Assembly (NCBI GenBank): GCA_964016885.1
Contig: OZ024741.1
Span: 398,660,001-398,724,000 of the forward strand
Direction of reading: 5' to 3'
DNA from: Eledone cirrhosa
Taxonomy: Eukaryota
DNA length: 64,000 nt
Shown here: positions 53,001 to 64,000 of the stretch, one piece after another
Layout of the letters: the number at the start of each line of letters is the position of its first letter
Position numbering within the stretch: the first letter of the stretch is position 1
Made by a program: the position numbers and the translations under genes
The notes under the pieces: model-generated
What the model was told of the DNA's origin: nothing
Database searches by the model: none
The model's input: the letters and a program-made list of their open reading frames with translations, nothing else

Positions 53001-56000
53001 ATGTCTAACTTAATAACAGCCTAACTTAGCCTTGGCCATGTCTAACTTAATAACAGTCCAAATTAGCCCTAGCCATGTCTAACTTAGTTATAGTCCTACT
53101 TAACCCTGACCATGTCTAACTTAGTAACAGTCTAACTTAGCCCTGGACATGTCTAACTTAGTAATAGTCTAACTTAGCCCTGGCCATGTCTAACTTAGTA
53201 ACAGTCTAACTTAGTAACAGTCTAACTTAGACCCGGCCATGTCTAACTTAGTAACATTCTAACTTAGCCCTGGCCATGTCTAACTTAAAAACAGTCTAAA
53301 TTATCCCTGGCCATGTCTAACTTAGTAATAGTCTAACTGAGCCCTGGCCATGTCTAACTTATTAATAGTCTAACTTAGCCTTGGCCATGTCTCACTTAGT
53401 AACAGTCTAACTTAGCCATGGCCATGTCTAACTTAATAACAGTCTAAATTAGCCCTGGCCATGTCTAATTTAGTAATAGTCTAACTTAGCCCTGTCCATG
53501 TCTAACTTAATAAGAGTCTAACTTAGCTATGGAGATGTCTAACTTAATAACATTCTAACTTAGCCCTGACCATGTCCAAATTAGTAAGAGTATAACTTAG
53601 CCCTGTCCATGTCTAACTAAATAACAGTCTAACTTAGCCCTGGCCATGTCTAACTTAATAACAGTCTAACTTAGCCCTGACCATGTCTAACTTATTAACA
53701 GTCTAACATAGCCCTGGCCATGTCTAACTTAGTAACAGTCTAACTTAGGCCTGGCCATGTCTAACTTAGTAACAGTCTAACTTAGCCCTGGCCATGTCTA
53801 ACTTAGTAACAGTCTAACTTAGCCTTGGTCATGTCTAACTTAATAACAGTCTAAATTAGCCCTGGCGATGTCTAACTTAGTAATAGTCTAACTTAGCCCT
53901 GACCATGTCTAACTTAATAATAATCTAACTTAGCCGTGTCCATGTTTAACTTATTAATAGTCTAACTTAGACCTGGCCATGTCTAACTTAATAACAGTCT
54001 AACTCAGCCCTGGCCAGGTCTAACTTAATAAGAGTCTAACTTAGTTCTGGCCATGTCTAACTTAATAACAGTCTAAATTATCCCTGGCCATGTCCAACTT
54101 AGTAACAGTCTAACTTAGCCCTGGCCATGTCTAACTTAATAACAGTCTAACTTAGCCCTGGCCATGTCTAACTTAGTAATAGTCTAACTTAGCCTTGGCC
54201 ATGTCTAACATAGTAACAGTCTAACTTAGCCCTGGCCATGTATAACTTAATAACAGTCTAACTTAGCCCTGGCCATGTCTAACTTAATAACAGTCTAACT
54301 GAGCCCTGGTCATGTCTAACTTAGTAACAGTCTAACTTAGCCCTGACCATGTCTAACTTAATAACAGTCTAACTTAGCCCTGGCCATGTCTAACTTAGCA
54401 ATAGTCTAACTTGGCCTTGGCCATGTCTAACTTAGTACCAGTCTAACTTAGTCCTGGCCATGTATAACTTAATAACAGTCTAACTTAGCCCTGGCCATGT
54501 CTAACTTAGTAATAGTCTAACTTGGCCTTGGCCATGTCTAACTTAGTAACAGTCTAACTTAGCCCTGGCCATGTATAACTTAATAACAGTCTAACTTAGC
54601 CCTGGCCATGTCTAACTTAATAACAGTCTAACTGAGCCCTGGCCATGCCTAACTTAGTAATAGTCTAACTTAGCCCTGGCCATGTCTAACTTAATAACAG
54701 TCTAACTTAGCCCTGGCCATGTCTAACTTAATAACAGTCTAACTGAGCCCTTGCCATGTCTAACTTAGTAACAGTCTAACTTAGCCCTGGCCATGTATAA
54801 CTTAATAACAGTCTAACTTAACCCTGGCCATGTCTAACCTAATAACAGTCTAACTTAGCCATAGCCATGTCTAACTTAATAACAGTCTAAATTAGCCCTG
54901 GCCATGTCTAACTTAGTAACAGTCTAACTTAGCCCTGGCCATGTCTAACTTAGTAATAGTCTAACTTAACCTTGGCCATGTCTAACTTAGTAACAGTCTA
55001 ACTTAGCCCTGGCCATGTCTAACTTAATAACAGTCTAACTGAGCCCTGGCCATGTCTAACTTATTAATAGTCTAACTTAGACTTGGCCATGTCTCATTTA
55101 GTAACAGTTTAACTTAGCCCTGGCCATGTCTAACTTAATAACAGTCTAAATTAGCCCTGGCCATGTCGAACTTAGTAATAGTCTAACTTAGCCCTGACCA
55201 TGTCTAACATAATAACAGTCTAACTTAGACCTGACCATGTCTAACTTAATAACAGTCTAACTTAGACCTGGTCATGTCTAACTTAGTAACAGTCTAACTT
55301 AGCCCTAGCCATGTCTAACTTAATAACAGTCTAACTTAGCCCTGGCCATGTCTAACTTAATAACAGTCTAACTTAGCCCTGGCCATGTCTAACTTAGTAA
55401 CAGTCTAACTTAGCCCTAGCCATGTCTAACTTAATAACAGTCTAACTTAGCCCTGGCCATGTCTAACTTAGTAACAGTCTAACTTAGCCCTGGCCATGTC
55501 TAACTTAATAACAGTCTAAATTATCCCTGGCCATGTCTAACTTAGTAATAGTGTAACTGAGCCCTGGCCATGTCTAACTTAGTAACAGTCTAACTGAGCC
55601 TTGGCCATGTCTAACTTAATAACAGTCTAAATTATCCCTGGCCATGTCTAACTTAGTAATAGTCTAACTTAGTCCTGGCCATGTCTAACTTAATAACAGT
55701 CTAACTTAGCCATGGCCATGTCTAACTTAATAAAAGTCTAAATTATCCCTGGCCATGTCTAACTTAGTAACAATCTAACTTAGCCCTGGCCATGTCTAAC
55801 TTAATAACAGTCTAACTTAGACCTGGCCATGTCTAACTTATTAACAATCTAACTTAGACCTGGCCATGTCTAACATAGTAACAGTCTAACTTAGCCTTAG
55901 CAATGTCTAACTTAGTAACAGTCTAACTTAGCCATGGCCATGTCTCACTTAATAACAGTCTAACTTAGCCCTGGCCATGTCTAACTTAGTAATAGTGCAA

Positions 56001-59000
56001 CTGAGCCCTGGCCATGTCTAACTTAGTAACAGTCTAACTGAGCCTTGGCTATGTCTAACTTAATAACAGTCTAAATTATCCCTGGCCATGTCTAACTTAG
56101 TAATAGTCTAACTTAGTCCTGGCCATGTCTAACTTAATAACAGTCTAACTCAGCCCTGGTCATGTCTAACCTAATAACAGTTTAAATTATCGCTGGCCAT
56201 GTCTAACTTAGTAACAGTCTAACTTAGCCCCGGACATGTCTAACCTAATAACAGTCTAACTTAGACCTGGCGATGTCTAACTTAATAACAATCTAACTTA
56301 GACATGGCCATGTCTAACATAGTAACAGTCTAACTTAGCCTTAGCAATGTCTAACTTAGTAACAGTCTAACTTATCCATGGCCATGTCTCACTTAATAAC
56401 AGTCTAACTTAGCCCTGGCCATGTCTAACTTAGTAATAGTCTAACTTAGACCTGGCCATGTCTAACTTAATAACAGCCTAACTTAGCCCTGGACATGTCT
56501 AACTTAGTAATAGTCTAACTTAGCCCTGGCCATGTCTAACTTAGTAACAGTCTAACTTAGTAACAGTCTAACTTAGACCCGTCATGTCTAACTTAGTAAC
56601 AGTCTAACTTAGCCCTGGCCATGTCTAACTTAAAAACAGTCTAAATTATCCCTGGCCATGTCTAACTTAGTAATAGTCTAACTGAGCCCTGGCCATGTCT
56701 AACTTATTAATAGTCTAACTTAGCCTTGGCCATGTCTCACTTAGTAACAGTCTAACTTAGCCATGGCCATGTCTAACTTAATAACAGTCTAAATTCGCCC
56801 TGGCCATGTCTAATTTAGTAATAGTCTAACTTAGCCCTGTCCATGTCTAACTTAATAACAGTCTAACTTAGCTATGGAGATGTCTAACTTAATAACATTC
56901 TAACTTAGCCCTGACCATGTCTAAATTAGTAAGAGTATAACTTAGCCCTGTCCATGTCTAACTAAATAACAGTCTAACTTAGCCCTGGCCATGTCTAACT
57001 TAATAACAGTCTAACTTAGCCCTGACCATGTCTAACTTATTAAAAGTCTAACTTAGCCCTGGCCATGTCTAACTTAGTAACAGTCTAACTTAGGCCTGGC
57101 CATGTCTAACTTAGTAACAGTCTAACTTAGCCCTGGCCATGTCTAACTTAGTAATAGTCTAACTTAGCCTTGGCCATGTCTAACTTAGTAACAGTCTAAC
57201 TTAGCCTTGGTCATGTCTAACTTAATAACAGTCTAAATTAGCCCTGGCGATGTCTAACTTAGTAATATTCTAACTTAGCCCTGACCATGTCTAACTAAAT
57301 AACAATCTAACTTAGCCGTGTCCATGTTTAAATTATTAATAGTCTAACTTAGACCTGGCCATGTCTAACTTAATAACAGTCTAACTCAGCCCTGGCCAGG
57401 TCTAACTTAATAAGAGTCTAACTTAGTTCTGGCCATGTCTAACTTAATAACAGTCTAAATTATCCCTGGCCATGTCCAACTTAGTAACAGTCTAATTTAG
57501 CCCTGGCCATGTCTAACTTAATAACAGTCTAACTTAGCCCTGGCCATGTCTAACTTAGTAATAGTCTAACTTAGCCTTGGCCATGTCTAACATAGTAACA
57601 GTCTAACTTAGCCCTGGCCATGTATAACTTAATAACAGTCTAACTTAGCCCTGGCCATGTCTAACTTAATAACAGTCTAACTGAGCCCTGGCCATGTCTA
57701 ACTTAGTAACAGTCTAACTTAGCCTTGGCCATGTCTAACTTAATAACAGTCTAAATTAGCCCTGGCGATGTCTAACTTAGAAATAGTCTAACTTAGCCCT
57801 GACCATGTCTAACTTAATAACAGTCTAACTTAGCTCTGGCCATGTCTAACTTGGCCTTGGCCATGTCTAACTTAGTACCAGTCTAACTTAGTCCTGGCCA
57901 TGTATAACTTAATAACAGTCTAACTTAGCCCTGGCCATGTCTAACTTAATAACAGTCTAACTGAGCCCTGGCCATGTCTAACTTAGTAATAGTCTAACTT
58001 AGCCCTGGCCATGTGTAAATTAATAACAGTCTAACTTAGCCCTGGCCATGTCTAACTTAATAACAGTCTAACTTAAACCTAGCCATGTCTAACCTAATAA
58101 CAGTCTAACTTAGCCATGGCCATGTCTAACTCAATAACAGTCTAACTTAGCCCTGGCCATGTCTAACTTATTAGTAGTCTAACTTAGACCTGACCATGTC
58201 TAACATAGTAACAGTCTAACTTAGCCCTGGCAATGTCTAACTTAGTAATAGTCTAACTTAGCCCTGGCCATGTCTAACTTAATAACAGTCTAAATTAGCC
58301 CTGGCCATGTCTAACATAGTAACAGTCTAACTTAGCCCTGGCCATGTCTAACTTAGTAATACTCTAACTTAGCCTTGGCCATGTCTAACTTAGTAACAGT
58401 CTAACTTATCGCTGGCAATGTCTCACTTAATAACAGTCTAACTTAGCCCTGGCCATGTCTAACTTAATAACAGTCTAACTGAGTCCTGGCCATGTCTAAC
58501 TTATTAATAGTCTAACTTAGACTTGGTCTCACTTAGTAACAGGTTAACTTAGCCCTGGCCATGTCTAACTTAATAACAGTCTAAATTAGCCCTGGCCATG
58601 TCTAACATAATAACAGTCTAACTTAGCCCTGACCATGTCTAACTTAATAACAGTCTAACTTAGACCTGGCCATGTCTAACTTAGTAACAGTCTAACTTAG
58701 CCCTAGCCATGTCTAACTTAATAACAGTCTAACTTAGCCCTGGTCATGTCTAACTTAATAACAGTCTAACTTAGCCCTGGCCATGTCTAGCTTAATAACA
58801 GTCTAACTTAGCCCTGGCTATGTCTAACTTAGTAATAGTCTAACTTAGCCCTGGCCATGTCTAACTTAGTAACAGTCTAACTTAGCCCTGGCAATGTATA
58901 ACTTAATAATAGTCTAACTTAGCCCTGGCCATGTCTAAGTTAATAACAGTCTAACTGGGCCCTGGCAATGTATAACTTAATAATAGTCTAACTTAGCCCT

Positions 59001-62000
59001 GGCCATGTGTAACTTAGTAACAGTCTAACTTAGCCCTGGCCATGTCTAACTTAATAACAGTCTAAATTATCCCTGGCCATGTCTAACCTAATAACTGTCC
59101 AACTTAGACATGGCCATGTCTAACTCAATAAGAGTCTAACATAGCCCTGTCCATGTCTAACATAGTAACAGTCTAACTTAGCCCTGCCCATGTCTAACTT
59201 AGTAATAGTCTAACTTAGCCTTGGCCATGTCTAACTTAATAACAGTCTAACTTAGCCTTGGCCATGTCTAAATTAATAACAGTCTAAAGTAGCCCTAGCC
59301 ATGTCTAACTTAGTAATAGTCTACCTTAACCCTGACCATGTCTAACTTAGTAACAGTCTAACTTAGCCCTGGACATGTCTAACTTATTAACAGTCTAAAT
59401 TATCCCTGGCCATGTCTATTTTAGTAACAGTCTAATTTAGCCCTGGCCATGTCTAACTTAGTAACAGTCTAACTTAGCCCTGCCCATGTCTAACTTAAAA
59501 ATTGTCTAAATTATCCCTGGCCATGTCTATCTTAGTAATAGTCTAACTTAGACCTGGCCATGTATAACTTAATAACAGTCTAACTTAGCCTTGGCCATGT
59601 CTAACTTAATAACAGTCTAAATTAGCCCTAGCCATGTCTAACTTAGTTATAGTCTACCTTAACCTTGACCATGTCTAACTTAGTAACAGTCTAACTTAGC
59701 CCTGGACATGTCTAACTTAGTAATGGTCTAACTTAGCCCTGGCCATGTCTAACTTAGTAACAGTCTAACTTAGTAACAGTCTAACTTAGTAACAGTCTAA
59801 CTTAGGAACAGTCTAACTTAGTAACAGTCTAACTTAGACCCGGCCATGTCTAACTTAGTAACACTCTAATTTAGCCCTGGCCATGTCTAACTTAGTAACA
59901 GTCTAACTTAGCCCTGCCCATGTCTAACTTAGTAACAGTCTAACTTAGGCCTGGCCATGTCTAACTTAGTAACAGTCTAACTTTGCCATGGCCATGTCTA
60001 ACTTAATAACAGTCTAACTTAGCTATGGAGATGTCTAACTTAATAACATTCTAAATTAGCCCTGACCATGTCTAAATTAGTAAGAGTATAACTTAACCCT
60101 GGCCATGTCTAACTAAATAACAGTCTAACTTAGCCCTGGCCATGTCTAACTTAATAACACTCTAACTTAGCCCTGACCATGTCTAACTTAATAACAGTCT
60201 AACTTAGCCCTGGCCATGTCTAACTTAGTAACAGTCTAACTTAGGCCTGGCCATGTCTAACTTAGTAACAGTCTAACTTAGCCCTGGCCATGTCTAACTC
60301 AGTAATAGTCTAACTTAGCCTTGGCCATGTCTAACTTAGTAACAGTCTAACTTAGCCTTGGTCATGTCTAACTTAATAACAGTCTAAATTAGCCCTGGCG
60401 ATGTCTAACTTAGTAATAGTCTAACTTAGTCCTGACCATGTCTAACTTAATAACAATCTAACTTAGCCCTGTCCAGGTCTAACTTATTAATAGTCTAACT
60501 TAGACCTGGCCATGTCTAACTTAATAACCGTCTAACTCAGCGCTGGCCAGGTCTAACTTAATAAGAGTCTAACTTAGTTCTGGCCATGTCTAACTTAGTA
60601 ACAGTCTAACTTAGTAACAGTCTAACTTAGTAACAGTCTAACTTAGGAACAGTCTAACTTAGTAACAGTCTAACTTAGCCCTGGCCATGTCTAACTTAAT
60701 AACAGTCTAACTTAGCCCTGGCCATGTCTAATTAGTAATAGTCTAACTTAGCCTTGGCCATGTCTAACTTAATAACAGTCTAACTTAGCCCTGGCCATGT
60801 CTAACTTAATAACAGTCTAACTTAGCCCTGGCCATGTCTAATTAGTAATAGTCTAACTTAGCCTTGGACATGTCTAACTTAATAACAGTCTAACTTAGCC
60901 CTGGCCATGTCTAACTTAATAACAGTCTAACTGAGCCCTGGCCATGTCTAACATAATAACAGTCTAACTTAGCCCTGGCCATGGCTAACATATTAACAGT
61001 CTAACTTAGCCCTGGCCATGTCTAACTTAGTAATAGTCTAACTTAGCTCTGGCCATGTCTAACTGAATAACAGTCTAACTTAGCACTGGCCATGCCTAAC
61101 TTAGTAATAGTCTAACTTTGCCCTGGCCATGTCTAACTTAGTAACAGTCTAACTTAGCCCTGGCCATGTATAACTTACTAACAGTCTAACTTAACCCTGG
61201 CCATGTCTAACCTAATAACAGTCTAACTTAGCCATGGCCATGTCTAACTCAATAACAGTCTAACTTAGCCCTGGCCATGTCTAACATAGTAACAGTCTAA
61301 CTTAGCCCTGGCCATGTCTAACTTAGTAATAGTATAACTTAGCCCTGGCCATGTCTAACTTAATAACAGTCTAAATTAGCCCTGGCCATGTCTAACTTAG
61401 TAACAGTCTAACTTAGCCCTGGCCATGTCTAACTTAGTAATAGTCTAACTTAGCCTTGGCCATGTCTAACTTAATAACAGTCTAACTTATCCCTGGCAAT
61501 GTCTCACTTAATAACTGTCTAACTTAGCCCTGGCCATGTCTAACTTAATAACAGTCTAACTGAGCCCTGGCCATGTGTAACTTATTAATAGTCTAACTTA
61601 GACTTGGCCATGTCTCACTTAGTAACAGTCTAACTTAGCCCTGACCATGTCTAACATAATAAGAGTCTAACTTAGCCCTGACCATGTCTAACTTAATAAC
61701 AGTCTAACTTAGACCTGACCATGTCTAACTTAGTAACAGTCTAACTTAGCCCTTGCCATGTCTAACTTAATAACAGTCTAACTTAGCCCTGGCCATGTCT
61801 AACTTAATAACAGTCTAACTTAGCCCTGGCCATGTCTAACTTAGTAACAGTCTAACTTAGCCCTGGCCATGTCTAACTTAGTAATAGTCTAACTTAGCCT
61901 TGGCCATGTCTAAGTTAGTAACAGTCTAACTTAGCCTTGGCCATGTCTAACTTAGTAACAGTCTAACTTAGGCCTGGCCATGTATAACTTAGTAACAGAC

Positions 62001-64000
62001 TAACTTAGGCCTGGCCATGTCTAACTTAGTAACAGTCTAACTTAGCCCTGGCCATGTCTAACTTAGTAATAGTCTAACTTAGCCTTGGCCATGTCTAACT
62101 TAGTAACAGTCTAACTTAGCCTTGGTCATGTCTAACTTAATAACAGTCTAAATTAGCCCTGGCGATGTCTAACTTAGTAATAGTCTAACTTAGCCCTGAC
62201 CATGTCTAACTTAATAACAATCTAACTTAGCCGTGTCCATGTTTAACTTATTAATAGTCTAACTTAGACCTGGCCATGTCTAACTTAATAACAGTCTAAC
62301 TCAGCCCTGGCCAGGTCTAACTTAATAAGAGTCTAACTTAGTTCTGGCCATGTCTAACTTAATAACAGTCTAAATTATCCCTGGCCATGTCCAACCTAGT
62401 AACAGTCTAACTTAGCCCTGGCCATGTCTAACTTAATAACAGTCTAACTTAGCCCTGGCCATGTCTAACTTAGTAATAGTCTAACTTAGCCTTGGCCATG
62501 TCTAACATAGTAACAGTCTAACTTAGCCCTGGCCATGTATAACTTAATAACAGTCTAACTTAGCCCTGGCCATGTCTAACTTAATAACAGTCTAACTGAG
62601 CCCTGGCCCTGTCTAACTTAGTAACAGTCTAACTTAGCCTTGGCCATGTCTAACTTAATAACAGTCTAAATTAGCCCTGGCGATGTCTAACTTAGAAATA
62701 GTCTAACTTAGCCCTGATCATGTCTAACTTAATAACAGTCTAACTTAGCCCTGGCCATGTCTAACTTAGTAATAGTCTAACTTGGCCTTGGCCATGTCTA
62801 ACTTAGTACCAGTCTAACTTAGTCCTGGCCATGTATAACTTAATAACAGTCTAACTTAGCCCTGGCCATGTCTAACTTAATAACAGTCTAACTGAGCCCT
62901 GGCCATGTCTAACTTAGTAATAGTCTAACTTGGCCCTGGCCATGTCTAAATTAATAACAGTCTAACTTAGCCCTGGCCATGTCTAACTTAATAACAGTCT
63001 AACTTAACCCTGGCCATGTCTAACCTAATAACAGTCTAACTTAGCCATGGCCATGTCTACCTCAATAACAGTCTAACTTAGCCCTGGCCATGTCTAACTT
63101 ATTAATAGTCTAACTTAGACCTGGCCATGTCTAACATAGTAACAGTCTAACTTAGCCCTGGCCATGTCTAACTTAGTAACAGTCTAACTTAGCCCTGGCC
63201 ATGTCTAACTTAATAACAGTCTAACTTAGCCCTGGCCATGTCTAACTTAGTAACAGTCTAACTTAGCCCTAGCCATGTCTAACTTAGTAATAGTCTAACT
63301 TAGCCTCGGCCATGTCTAACTTAGTAACAGTCTAACTTAGCCTTGGCCATGTCTAAGTTAAAAACAGTCTAAATTAGCCCTGGTCATGTCTAACTTAATA
63401 ACAGTCTAACTTAGCCCTGGCCATGTCTAACTTAATAACAGTCTAACTTAGCCATGGCCATGTCTAACTTAATAACAGTCTAAATTATCCCTGGCCATGT
63501 CTAGCTTAAAAACAATCTAACTTAGCCCTGACCATGTCTAACTTAATAACAGTCTAACTTAGACCTGGCCATGTCTAACTTAGTAACAGTCTAATTTAGC
63601 CCTAGCCATGTCTAACTTAATAACAGTCTAACTTAGCTCTGGCCATGTCTAACTTAGTAACAGTCTAACTTAGCCCTGGCCATGTCTAACTTAATAACAG
63701 TCTAAATTATGCCTGGCCATGTCTAACTTAGTAATAGTGTAACTGAGCCCTGGCCATGTCTAACTTAGTAACAGTCTAACTGAGCCTTGGCCATGTCTAA
63801 CTTAATAACAGTCTAAATTTTCCCTGGCCATGTCTAACTTAGTAATAGTCTAACTTAGTCCTGGCCATGTCTAACTAAATAACAGTCTAACTTAGCCATG
63901 GCCATGTCTAACTTAATAACAGTCTAAATTATCCCTGGCCATGTCTAACTTAGTAACAATCTAACTTAGCCCTGGCCATGTCTAACTTAATAATAGTCTA
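47073..64000. repeat. Higher-order repeat unit, copy 2 (partial, cut by the window end)
   Basis: Same markers as copy 1; point differences seen at 38998/61292 and 40766/63060. Confidence 0.95.

Larger units (their letters stand above)
24398..64000. repeat. 37-bp satellite array (>39 kb, roughly 1,070 monomers, runs off the window)
   Basis: Consensus CCCTGGCCATGTCTAACTTA(G/A)TAACAGTCTAACTTAG; period 37 (e.g. 25091 to 25128); single orientation; no insertions seen. Confidence 0.99.

Noticed and set aside
24398-64000. CRISPR-like or coding array
   Set aside because: No unique spacers, no cas genes, eukaryotic context, and the ORF track lists nothing in this stop-rich region.

Overview
Eukaryotic, repeat-dense DNA with no supportable host gene. 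The SINE and LINE families resemble those of octopod cephalopods (inference from recalled repeat motifs). Positions 1-24.4 kb are a mosaic of decayed retroelements, local tandem duplications and long micro/minisatellites. The elements include RTE-clade LINEs, CR1-like fragments, a Tx1/L1-like LINE with ORF1 and ORF2, tRNA-derived SINEs, a mariner remnant and putative Penelope-type ends. Positions 24,398-64,000 are one uninterrupted 37-bp satellite (21+16-bp subunits sharing GTCTAACTTAG). It has nested higher-order structure, culminating in a near-identical 22,294-bp tandem repeat unit, so the window looks like the edge of a large, possibly centromeric, satellite domain. Other highlights: a 55-bp minisatellite born from the coding end of an RTE LINE, a bipartite non-autonomous RTE element next to its likely autonomous partner, RTE proteins carrying a PHD finger or three C2H2 fingers, a perfect 104-bp palindrome and a hammerhead-like motif. 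Most ORF-track entries are microsatellite artefacts.
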